The translations under genes were made by a program, and so were the position numbers. From Flavobacteriales bacterium UBA7690 (GTDB lineage: Bacteria > Bacteroidota > Bacteroidia > Flavobacteriales_F > PHOS-HE28): 64,000 nt of DNA. The notes beneath the pieces are model-generated. The model made no database searches. It had not been told where the DNA came from and saw nothing but the letters and a program-made list of their open reading frames with translations. Shown here piece by piece: positions 9,962 to 17,962 of the stretch (position 1 is the stretch's first letter; every line of letters begins with the position of its first letter). The stretch is from assembly GCA_002482775.1 (NCBI GenBank), contig DLGQ01000079.1:29149-93148 (forward strand), read 5' to 3'.

Positions 9962-10945
9962 ATGCCTACTGCAACATTGATCGATCCGCCCATCGCACAC
10001 GCGGATGTGCGCCAGTTCGCTGAGGATAGGGTGAACTTGCCGGCGGAGACCGCCAAGGACCGCCGGGAGAAAGTCAACGACCTGCGTGAAAAGCTCGGTC
10101 GATGGATGACCGACCATCCTGACTGCGGTATCGTCAAGTCCTACCTATCCGGAAGCCTGGCCAAGGGAACGGCGCTGAGGACGTCGAGCGATGTCGACGT
10201 CGCCTTGTACATACGCTATGACGGCGAACGGAAGGCGGACCGTCAACTGGCGGAGTGGATCGCTGAGCGCCTGCGCAAAGCCTATCCGCAGATGAATCCT
10301 GACCAGATCATCCCGCAGGAGCACGCGGTAAAGATCATTTATAAAACGGCGGGCATCGAGATCGACATCGTGCCCGTGTTCTATGAGGATGATCCGGACG
10401 ATAAGGGTTGGCTTGTCTCGAAGTCGTCTGGCAGGCTCATGCTCACGAGCATCCCCATGCACCTCGCCTTCACCCGTAAACGCAAAGCGAAACAGCCGAC
10501 GCACTTCGCGCAGGTCGTCCGCTTGGCGAAGTGGTGGCGCGATGAGCAGAAGGCCAGCAACGCCAACTTCAGGCTCAAGTCCTTCATGATAGAGATGATC
10601 TGTGCTCACTTGGCTGATGGCGGGTTGGACATGTCAGACTATCGGCGGGGCCTGGAGGCTTTCTTCGGCTACATCGTCCGCACTGGTCTGAAGCAGCGCA
10701 TCGCCTTCACCGACTACTACGGGCTGGACGAGCTACCGAAGGATGTGAAGGATCCGATCCAGATTTTCGACCCGGTGAACCCCAAGAACAATGTTGCCTG
10801 CCGTTATACTGAAGAGCAGCGGCGCACAATTGTTCAAGCAGCTGAAGATGCTCTTGATGCGCTGAACGAGGCGCACACAGCGGCTACCAAAGGCCGCGCC
10901 TTACCAATGTGGCAGGAAGTACTAGGCAGTTCATTCCGTGGATAA
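9962..10945 (+). CDS. cdnC: CBASS cGAS/DncV-like nucleotidyltransferase (CD-NTase); CdnC-like is inferred from the operon type
   Basis: Pol-beta NTase motifs GSLAKGTALRTSSDVDVALY and IEIDIVPV. Size is 327 aa. It is followed by HORMA, TRIP13 and NucC genes. Confidence 0.8.
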   Translation: MPTATLIDPPIAHADVRQFAEDRVNLPAETAKDRREKVNDLREKLGRWMTDHPDCGIVKSYLSGSLAKGTALRTSSDVDVALYIRYDGERKADRQLAEWIAERLRKAYPQMNPDQIIPQEHAVKIIYKTAGIEIDIVPVFYEDDPDDKGWLVSKSSGRLMLTSIPMHLAFTRKRKAKQPTHFAQVVRLAKWWRDEQKASNANFRLKSFMIEMICAHLADGGLDMSDYRRGLEAFFGYIVRTGLKQRIAFTDYYGLDELPKDVKDPIQIFDPVNPKNNVACRYTEEQRRTIVQAAEDALDALNEAHTAATKGRALPMWQEVLGSSFRG

Positions 10946-10947
10946 CC

Positions 10948-11451
10948 ATGACGAACAGTTACACAACAACAGAGACCTGGTCTAGGACCCATGCCCGTCA
11001 TGTCGGCGGCAAGGTGATTGTCGACCTAAGGGGCTTGGCACAGGAGTACCGATCTCCTTCTGAGCAGGATCTTGAAGCATACCTACAGGAACTGGTCGAA
11101 CTGCTGACCGGCAGCTACATCAAGGAGGTGAGCTACGGGTTCGAGCGGAACAGCGTTCCGATCGTCGCCATGAAGTACACCGCCGACATGAACGGGACGT
11201 TGACCGCGGATGATCGATCGGGACGGATACCTCGTGGGGTTGACATCACCGGCGCAGTGTTCTTCACGTTCCTGTCCTACAGTTCGAAGTGGTGGTCACT
11301 GGCACCCGAACAGCGAGAGCGTATCAAGGCGGGCTTGATCGTGAAGCGGAGCGTTGGATCAGATCCGTGCAGCGGATTGGTTGGCTGGACCAGTGACAAG
11401 ACCTACAGCTCTGCCGGTAATGGGATGCAGAGATCAACCTACGGCAATTGA
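10948..11451 (+). CDS. cap7: Bacterial HORMA-domain protein (CBASS Cap7)
   Basis: 167 aa. TWSRTHARHVGGKVIVDLRGL, EVSYGFE, FFTFLSYSSKW and DKTYSSAG match the pattern I recall for E. coli MS115-1 HORMA. The ATG lies 2 nt after the CD-NTase stop. Confidence 0.8.
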   Translation: MTNSYTTTETWSRTHARHVGGKVIVDLRGLAQEYRSPSEQDLEAYLQELVELLTGSYIKEVSYGFERNSVPIVAMKYTADMNGTLTADDRSGRIPRGVDITGAVFFTFLSYSSKWWSLAPEQRERIKAGLIVKRSVGSDPCSGLVGWTSDKTYSSAGNGMQRSTYGN

Positions 11452-11453
11452 AA

Positions 11454-12407
11454 ATGAATACGATCGACACCTTCGAGGACGTAGTAGTTCTGCCGGACGA
11501 ACGAGGTCAACGTATTTACGACAGGCTTGTTGGCCTCGATGACTATAAGGAGCGGTTGGTCAAGGAAGTGCTCCTTCTGCTTGACCCTGCACAACTCCAC
11601 AGCTGGAACAAAGAGCACCATCAAGGAAAACTCGCCGCAGTGGAGATGTTCACGTCTCGCCCACCACTCTTCGTGTTGGCGGGCGATGTTGGTACGGGCA
11701 AGACGGCGCTGGCAAGATCGTTCGGCAACGAGGTTGCCAAGCGATCAAAGGTGCGGATTGAATTGCGCGCCCTTAGCCTCAGCAGCCGTGGATCTGGTGC
11801 CGTGGGCGAGATGACCAAGCTCATCACAGGAGCCTTTAAGCAGGTTCGAGATTCAGTAGCACAGACGCGCGGTGAGGGCGGTAAGGCTGGCCGGGGCATC
11901 ATCCTGTTGATCGACGAAGCCGATGCACTCGCACAGTCAAGAGAAGCGGCGCAGATGCACCACGAGGACAGGGCGGGCGTGAATGCTCTCATCCGCGGCA
12001 TCGATGAACTGGCGGCTGCCCATTTGCCGGTAGCTGTGATCATGTGCACCAATAGGCTCAATGCACTGGACCCTGCAGTACGTCGTCGAGCTGCGGTCGT
12101 TTTCGAATTCCACCGACCCAACAAGGAGCAGCGCCTTGCTGTGCTCAAGGATGCCCTCGTCGGGAGTGGACTTACCGTTGGTGACCTTGAAGAACTAGCG
12201 GCCGCAACGGGACGCACGAATGATCGGCTGTATGGCTTCACGTACTCTGATCTCTCACAGCGCCTTATTCCATCGCTGGTGCTCGATGCGTTTCCATCAA
12301 AGCCCATCACGTCCGCAGGGATGCGTCGTGTTATTGGTGCAATAGAACCTACACCTCCATTTGAAGATCAGAGCCATGCTACAAGAACCGTTGACGTCCA
12401 CCAGTAG
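11454..12407 (+). CDS. cap6: TRIP13/Pch2-like AAA+ ATPase (CBASS Cap6)
   Basis: Walker A GDVGTGKT, Walker B ILLIDEADAL and an Arg-rich sensor RRRAAVVFEF. The ATG at 11454 lies 2 nt after the HORMA stop (the track start at 11448 is TTG). Confidence 0.85.
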   Translation: MNTIDTFEDVVVLPDERGQRIYDRLVGLDDYKERLVKEVLLLLDPAQLHSWNKEHHQGKLAAVEMFTSRPPLFVLAGDVGTGKTALARSFGNEVAKRSKVRIELRALSLSSRGSGAVGEMTKLITGAFKQVRDSVAQTRGEGGKAGRGIILLIDEADALAQSREAAQMHHEDRAGVNALIRGIDELAAAHLPVAVIMCTNRLNALDPAVRRRAAVVFEFHRPNKEQRLAVLKDALVGSGLTVGDLEELAAATGRTNDRLYGFTYSDLSQRLIPSLVLDAFPSKPITSAGMRRVIGAIEPTPPFEDQSHATRTVDVHQ

Positions 12408-13149
12408 TGCACCCACGCTGTCGAAATTGTTCCGTGGTCTCCACAGAACACTCGAAACCCAACTCGGCATTGCGCGGGATACGGTCGACCATGCCGCTAC
12501 CCTAGGAGCATTATCCGAAGACAAGTGGATTTCAGTCCTCAGGGAGCATCTACCGAAGCGATACAAGGTCAGCCGGGCGTTCGTCATCGACTCCAGGGGA
12601 GGGTGTAGTCGGCAGATCGATACTGTCATCCATGACCGACAATACTCGCCGTTCGTCCTGAATCTGGGAGGTGCTCTCTACGTGCCTGCGGAAAGCGTGT
12701 ATGCTGTCTTGGAGATCAAGCAGAACCTTAATGCCGAGCAGATAGCGGATGCCGTCCTCAAGGTGGCAAGCGTTCGATGCCTCCACCGTACCAGCCTTCC
12801 TGTTCCGACAATAGACGGCCTGAGACCTGCCAAGGAACCCCATCATATCGTTGGCGGCATCGTTGCATTGGAGAGTGACTGGACGCCACCTTTCGGAGCG
12901 CCTTTCATGGACGCCATCGCACTGACTGATTTGACTGGTCGCCTGGACATGGGCTGTGCCGTGCGCGATGGTGTCTTCCAAGCGAAGTACCCCGAAGGGC
13001 AGGTACCGGAGTTGGTTGCAGAAGAATCGGACGCAGCTCTCGCGCTGTTCTTGTTGCGGTTGATCGCGAGACTACAGGCGATGGCGACAGTCCCTCAACT
13101 TGATGTTGCCGCATATGCGGACAGCATCACGCGAACCAGGGTCATATAG
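12376..13149 (+). CDS. nucC: NucC endonuclease (cyclic-trinucleotide-activated CBASS effector)
   Basis: PD-(D/E)xK motifs QIDTVIHDRQYSPF and YAVLEIKQ, plus VASVRCLHRTSLP, LESDWTPPFG and RLDMGCAV, as in characterised NucC. It overlaps the TRIP13 gene end by 32 nt. Confidence 0.85.
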   Translation: MLQEPLTSTSSAPTLSKLFRGLHRTLETQLGIARDTVDHAATLGALSEDKWISVLREHLPKRYKVSRAFVIDSRGGCSRQIDTVIHDRQYSPFVLNLGGALYVPAESVYAVLEIKQNLNAEQIADAVLKVASVRCLHRTSLPVPTIDGLRPAKEPHHIVGGIVALESDWTPPFGAPFMDAIALTDLTGRLDMGCAVRDGVFQAKYPEGQVPELVAEESDAALALFLLRLIARLQAMATVPQLDVAAYADSITRTRVI

Positions 13150-13264
13150 GCCCTGAGACACCCGTTACTGGGTGAACGTTACCGCAGGGCGCTATACCCG
13201 GCTTTTTGAATGTCGCCTTCGTAGGACGGGTCAAGCATATCTTCGAGCACCAAACAGCAACAGA

Positions 13265-13528
13265 ATGGATCAGTACTTGAAAGGAACGACCACTTGGGGC
13301 CCTTCTCTCCAAGATGCTTACGTGAAGGTGAGCTATGATGAGGCAGCGGATATGACATACGCCGACCAGAAGATCCAAAGAGTAACCAAGGTCGTATGCG
13401 GCTTGCTACACGCCGAGGATGGAGATGCCGTGGAGAAGGTTGTTGCTTGGTTGAAGAGCAATAAGTTCAGTGAGTGTTCACCGGAAGAGTATGATGCCCT
13501 CGCGTGCGACGTCTACAGAGAATTCTGA
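13265..13528 (+). CDS. Small hypothetical protein (87 aa) at the distal end of the CBASS island
   Basis: The ATG at 13265 lies inside a GTG-started track ORF. It is acidic with no recognisable motif, looks like the lowest-G+C stretch by eye, and is followed by a hairpin at 13533..13551. Confidence 0.4.
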   Translation: MDQYLKGTTTWGPSLQDAYVKVSYDEAADMTYADQKIQRVTKVVCGLLHAEDGDAVEKVVAWLKSNKFSECSPEEYDALACDVYREF

Positions 13529-13562
13529 GGCTCTGACGGTCTGCCGGTCAGCACCGCATTTC

Positions 13563-13652
13563 GCGTGACGGATTGGAGCGGCACCCCGCAGCGCGGTAAT
13601 CCGCGCGAGGAGTACAGCGGAAAGCCGGACCCCGGCCGCATTTGGGCCGGGG
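13563..13652 (+). repeat. Intergenic repeat family, copy A
   Basis: GCGTGACGGAT..AGCG..CCCCGCA, hairpin GCGCGG-TAAT-CCGCGC, GGAGTACAGCGGAAAGCCGGA, hairpin CCCCGGCC-GCATTTG-GGCCGGGG, then CACGCCCA. It aligns with copy B. Confidence 0.55.
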
Positions 13653-13676
13653 GCACGCCCACATCATTCACCTACT

Positions 13677-14678
13677 TCACGCCACCGCCCGGTGTTGCAT
13701 CCGCCATTCCCCCGGCGTAACGCCTTCCCAGTTGTTGAAGGCGCGGAAGAAGGAGTTGGCATCGGCGTAGCCGAGCAGGTAGGCGGTCTCGTTCAGTTCC
13801 ACAGCGCTTTGGCTGAGGTAGTGGTGCGCGAGTTCGCGGCGCGTTTCCTCCACCACTTGTTGGAAGGTGATGCGGGCATCGGCCAGCTTGCGTTGGAGCG
13901 ATCGCGTGCTCATGCCCACCTCGCTGGCGACATGGTGCAAGGTGGGGCGCTTGCCGGCGAGCGAGCGTTTGAGGGCGTGCTTCACCTGTGCCCCCACATC
14001 GGCGCCTGCCTTGCGCTCTGCGACCTGCGCATCCAGTTGGCCGCTTACCATGGCGAGCAGTTCGGCGTTGTGCGTGGTAAGGGGCATGTCCAGATCCGTG
14101 GTGCGGAACACGATGGCGTTGCGTTCGGCCTTGAAGGTGACGCGGCAGCCGTAGTACTTCTCCAGGAGTTCGCGGTGCCTGGTGGGGCGCACCAGTTCCA
14201 CGCGCACCGGTGCGATGCGGCCATCGGTACCGCGCCCGCCGATGGTGTGGATCCACGAGAGGCAATTGTCCACCAGCACATCGGGTTCGCTTTCGGTGGC
14301 GTTGGTGAACACGAATTCTATGGCGGTCTCCCTGCCCTGTGGGCGCAGGTTGATCTCCTCCGGGCACACGAGCTGCTTGTAGCGGCCCATGCGTTCCACG
14401 GCATCGCCGAAGGTGCGGCTGCACACGGCAGCGATGGCCGTGGGGTTGAAGCGTTCCAACTTGTACTCCGCGCTGAGCTTGAGGCCGATCGCAGGGTCCT
14501 TGCTCACCTCACCCACCGCGCGCCAGAAGGCGAAGAGCTGTGCGGTGTCCACCTGTGGCTTTTCCTGTTGGAACAGGCCTGGTGGTAGTCCGGCGCTGCG
14601 CAGCACCTCGGCCGGAGGTACCTTGTGGTCCTTCAGGCTTTGCGCGAAGGTGCTGGCGAGGCGGAAGCGGTCGGTCAT
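13677..14678 (-). CDS. AraC family transcriptional regulator with an N-terminal AraC-type ligand-binding-like domain
   Basis: C-terminal double HTH (TRSLQRKLADARITFQQVVEETRRELAHHYL...ETAYLLGYADANSFFRAFNNWEGVTPGEWR). The start was trimmed to the ATG at 14678 (MTDRFRLAS). Confidence 0.9.
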   Translation of the reverse strand: MTDRFRLASTFAQSLKDHKVPPAEVLRSAGLPPGLFQQEKPQVDTAQLFAFWRAVGEVSKDPAIGLKLSAEYKLERFNPTAIAAVCSRTFGDAVERMGRYKQLVCPEEINLRPQGRETAIEFVFTNATESEPDVLVDNCLSWIHTIGGRGTDGRIAPVRVELVRPTRHRELLEKYYGCRVTFKAERNAIVFRTTDLDMPLTTHNAELLAMVSGQLDAQVAERKAGADVGAQVKHALKRSLAGKRPTLHHVASEVGMSTRSLQRKLADARITFQQVVEETRRELAHHYLSQSAVELNETAYLLGYADANSFFRAFNNWEGVTPGEWRMQHRAVA

Positions 14679-14694
14679 GGGTCGAGGCTGAGTT

Positions 14695-15123
14695 TTATGA
14701 TCTGGGTGATCCGATGTCAACCGTCCGTTTCGACCAATTGAGATCAACAACGGCCATGCCCACAACACGAAGAACTTCAACAGGCAATTGCGCTGATAGC
14801 AGTGGAACGTCGGGTTCGGCAACGAGCACATAAGTGGAGCTACCGTGATCCCAGTCGATGGCATAGAATCCGCGGGTAGCGGCATCGCCCCATTCGGTCG
14901 ACGAACCTTGGTCGCGATGCAGGGTAGCTTTCGCGTGGATCGGCAGCCCTAGCACCAAGCTGAGGGCTTGTGAAGGATATGAGGCTGCGGTAACGCTCTC
15001 CGGGATCCAGCCGAAACCGGCCGATGAGATGAAGAAGCAACGCCCATGTTCATCAACCGCGAGCCAATCGAACTCACTGCCGAGGTGTTCATGTTGGATC
15101 TTCTTGCGAAAGCGGTCGGTCAT
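14695..15123 (-). CDS. Hypothetical protein (142 aa)
   Basis: The ATG at 15123 (MTDRFRKKIQ) sits directly behind promoter module S2. The first 6 codons are shared with the AraC gene. No recognisable domain. Confidence 0.5.
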   Translation of the reverse strand: MTDRFRKKIQHEHLGSEFDWLAVDEHGRCFFISSAGFGWIPESVTAASYPSQALSLVLGLPIHAKATLHRDQGSSTEWGDAATRGFYAIDWDHGSSTYVLVAEPDVPLLSAQLPVEVLRVVGMAVVDLNWSKRTVDIGSPRS

Positions 15124-15128
15124 GGGTG

Positions 15129-15194
15129 CAAAGTGACAGTACCAAGGTAATTCCCTCACTCGCAGAACGCGCCGATCTACTTGCGGATGGCGCC
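15129..15194 (-). promoter_or_regulatory. Operator/promoter module S2 upstream of the 142-aa ORF and AraC gene
   Basis: 15158..15194 (ACTCGCAGAACGCGCCGATCTACTTGCGGATGGCGCC) has 5 mismatches to S1. It is followed by 25 nt and then CAAA. On the gene strand TTTG is followed by CACCC and then the ATG. Confidence 0.55.
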
Positions 15195-15218
15195 AGTGCA
15201 AGCGGCCTGTGCGTCAGC

Positions 15219-15320
15219 GCGTGACGGATCGCAGCGTAAACCCCGCAAGCCCGGTAATCCGGGCGCGGAGTTGCAGCGAAGAGCCGGACCCTTGCTGCGT
15301 TTGAGCAAGGGGCACGCCCA
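15219..15320 (+). repeat. Intergenic repeat family, copy B
   Basis: It has the same backbone as copy A. Both hairpins carry compensatory changes (GCCCGG-TAAT-CCGGGC and CCCTTGCT-GCGTTTG-AGCAAGGG). Confidence 0.55.
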
Positions 15321-15422
15321 ACTCCTCCCGCCGCCATTCCAGCGCACCCCCCGCCGCTCAAGCACCACCGCCCCCGTTACTTTGTCATCACGCCCCAACG
15401 ACCACTTCGAAACTTCACCCGC

Positions 15423-16832
15423 ATGAACGAGATCATTTGCCCGCATTGCAACAAGGCCTTCAAGATCGATGAGGCGGGGTACGCGGACATCCTGAAGCAG
15501 GTGCGCGACCAGGAGTTCGAGAAGACGCTGCATGAGCGGCTGGTGCTCGCCGAGCAGGAGAAGCGCACGGCCATTGAGCTGGCGGAGGCCAAGGTGAAGA
15601 ACAGGCTGGATACGGAGGCGGCGAAGAAGGATGTGGAGATCGAGAAGTTGAGGTCGGCGTTGCAAGCGGCCGATGTGGCGAAGCAGGTGGCGCTGAAGGA
15701 TGCGCTGGGCGCGGTGGAGAAGGAGCGCGATGGGCTGGCGAACGAGCTGGAACGGGTGAAGCAGGCGAAGTTGAGCGATGCGCAGTTGGCGAAGGAGAAG
15801 TTGGAGAACGAACTGCAACGGACGGCGGCGGCGAAGGAGGCGGAGATCCAGAAGTTGCAGGCTACGTTGGATGCGCTGGGGGTGACGCAGAAGCTCGCCA
15901 TCAACGAGGCGGTGGGTGCGGTGGAGAGGGAGCGCGATGCACTGAAGAACGGGATCGAGCGTGTGCAGCTGGAGAAGCAGTTGGCGGAAACGTCGCTGAA
16001 GGAGCGCTACGAAACGCAGATCAAGGACCGCGACGATGCGATCGAGCGCTTGAAGGATATGAAGGCGCGGCTGTCCACAAAGATGCTGGGCGAAACGCTG
16101 GAGCAGCATTGCGAGGTAGAGTTCGAGCGGATCCGGGCGACGGCGTTCCCCAAGGCGTATTTCGAAAAAGACAACGACGCGCGGACGGGTAGCAAGGGCG
16201 ACTTCATCTTCCGCGATACGGATGAGGCGGGCACCGAGGTGGTGTCGATCATGTTCGAGATGAAGAACGAGAACGACGACACGGCGACGAAGAAGAAGAA
16301 CGAGGATTTCCTAAAAGAGCTGGACAAGGATCGTATGGAGAAGGGCTGCGAATACGCAGTGCTGGTCACGTTGCTGGAACCGGACAACGACCTGTACAAC
16401 GGCGGCATTGTGGACGTGAGCCACCGCTACCCGAAGATGTACGTGGTGCGGCCGCAGTTCTTCATCCCCATCATTACGCTGCTGCGGAACGCGGCGCAGA
16501 ATTCACTGAAGTACAAGAGCGAGCTGGCGCTGGTGAAGGCGCAGAACCTCGACATCACGAATTTCGAGAACGAGCTGGAGGCCTTCAAGAGCGCGTTCGG
16601 CCGGAACTACGACCTAGCAACACGACATTTCCAGGACGCAGTGGATGAGATCGACAAGTCCATCAAACATCTGCAGAAGACGAAGGACGCACTGCTGGGA
16701 ACGGACCGCAACCTGCGCCTCGCGAACGACAAGGCCCAGGACGTAACGATCAAGAAGCTAACGCGCAAGAACCCGACGATGGCTGCGAAGTTCGAGGAGG
16801 TGAAGAAGGTGGGTGCTGCTGGTGGGGAATGA
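15423..16832 (+). CDS. DUF2130-like protein: N-terminal Cys ribbon, long coiled coil and a C-terminal PD-(D/E)xK-like module
   Basis: [29 protein letters not shown] is the start I associate with DUF2130. It has an E/K/A-rich coiled coil of about 200 aa and the motif GDFIFRD...[10 protein letters not shown]. Confidence 0.75.
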   Translation: MNEIICPHCNKAFKIDEAGYADILKQVRDQEFEKTLHERLVLAEQEKRTAIELAEAKVKNRLDTEAAKKDVEIEKLRSALQAADVAKQVALKDALGAVEKERDGLANELERVKQAKLSDAQLAKEKLENELQRTAAAKEAEIQKLQATLDALGVTQKLAINEAVGAVERERDALKNGIERVQLEKQLAETSLKERYETQIKDRDDAIERLKDMKARLSTKMLGETLEQHCEVEFERIRATAFPKAYFEKDNDARTGSKGDFIFRDTDEAGTEVVSIMFEMKNENDDTATKKKNEDFLKELDKDRMEKGCEYAVLVTLLEPDNDLYNGGIVDVSHRYPKMYVVRPQFFIPIITLLRNAAQNSLKYKSELALVKAQNLDITNFENELEAFKSAFGRNYDLATRHFQDAVDEIDKSIKHLQKTKDALLGTDRNLRLANDKAQDVTIKKLTRKNPTMAAKFEEVKKVGAAGGE

Positions 16833-16901
16833 GCCTTCCAGCAAGAGCCTGTAGCCCCATGCATGCAAAGATCAGAGGGGTTCCGTTCCGGCGGCGACCG
16901 A

Positions 16902-17957
16902 TCAGCCCTTCAACGTCGCCATGTCGATCACGAACCGGTACCGCACATCCTGCTTGATCATGCGTTCCCACGCCTCGTTGATCTGGTCCATGCGGATCAT
17001 CTCGATGTCGGGCGTGATGCTGTGTTGTGCGCAGAAGTCGAGCATTTCCTGTGTTTCGCCGATGCTGCCAATGCCCGACCCTGCGAGGCTGCGGCGTTGC
17101 CCCAATAGGCTGAAGGCCGCCAACATGAACGGTTTTTCGGGAAGACCCACCAAAGTGAGCGTGCCGTTCAACTTCAGCAGTTGCAGGTAGGCGTTGATGT
17201 CGTGCTCCGCGGAAACGCAATCGAGTATGAAGTCGAAGGTGCTCTTGTGTTGCTTCATGGCAGCGCTATCCGTGGAGACCACCACTTCATGTGCGCCGAG
17301 GCGTTTGCCGTCCTCCACTTTCTTCGGTGATGTGGTGAACAATACGACATGCGCACCGAAGGCCTTCGCGAATTTCACGCCCATGTGACCCAGACCGCCG
17401 AGACCGATGATGCCCACTTTCATACCCGGACCCACCTTCCAATGGCGCATCGGCGAGTACGTGGTGACACCCGCGCACAACAACGGAGCGGCCGCAGCGA
17501 GATCGAGCCCAGCGGGAACGCGGAGCACGTAGTTCTCATCCACCACGATGCTGCTGCTGTAGCCGCCGAGCGTGTGCGTGTTCAGGTGTTTGTCCACGCT
17601 GTTGTAGGTGTACGTGGCGCCGTTGGTGCAGTAGTTCTCCAACCCTTGTGTGCAACTGGAACACGTGCGGCAACTGTCCACCATGCAGCCCACCGCGCTG
17701 GTGTCGCCCACCTTGAACTTGGTGACATTCGCCCCTACACGCGTCACGCGCCCCACGATCTCGTGACCGGGTACGCACGGATATTTCGCCGGTCCCCATT
17801 CGCTGCGCGCAGTGTGGATGTCGCTGTGGCACACGCCGCAGAACAGGATCTCCATCTCCACATCGGTAGGGCCGGGCTCGCGGCGCTGGATGGGCGTGAA
17901 GGTGAGTGGGGTGGTGGCAGTGTGCGCGGCGTAGGCTTTCGCGGGAACGGTGTTCAT
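16902..17957 (-). CDS. Zinc-dependent NAD(P) alcohol dehydrogenase (YahK/cinnamyl-ADH type)
   Basis: GVCHSDIH catalytic zinc motif, structural zinc Cys cluster (CRTCSSCTQGLENYC) and GLGGLGH Rossmann motif. Confidence 0.9.
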   Translation of the reverse strand: MNTVPAKAYAAHTATTPLTFTPIQRREPGPTDVEMEILFCGVCHSDIHTARSEWGPAKYPCVPGHEIVGRVTRVGANVTKFKVGDTSAVGCMVDSCRTCSSCTQGLENYCTNGATYTYNSVDKHLNTHTLGGYSSSIVVDENYVLRVPAGLDLAAAAPLLCAGVTTYSPMRHWKVGPGMKVGIIGLGGLGHMGVKFAKAFGAHVVLFTTSPKKVEDGKRLGAHEVVVSTDSAAMKQHKSTFDFILDCVSAEHDINAYLQLLKLNGTLTLVGLPEKPFMLAAFSLLGQRRSLAGSGIGSIGETQEMLDFCAQHSITPDIEMIRMDQINEAWERMIKQDVRYRFVIDMATLKG

Positions 17958-17962
17958 GGGTG

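Noticed and set aside
13672-14588. 250-aa minus-strand and 298-aa plus-strand ORFs overlapping the AraC gene
   Set aside because: These are wrong-frame or antisense readings. The accepted frame contains the canonical AraC double HTH.
15177-16109. 310-aa minus-strand ORF, extremely rich in Leu, Gln and Arg
   Set aside because: It is the antisense mirror of the E/K/A-rich coiled-coil coding region of the DUF2130-like gene. It is low-complexity and has no independent start context.
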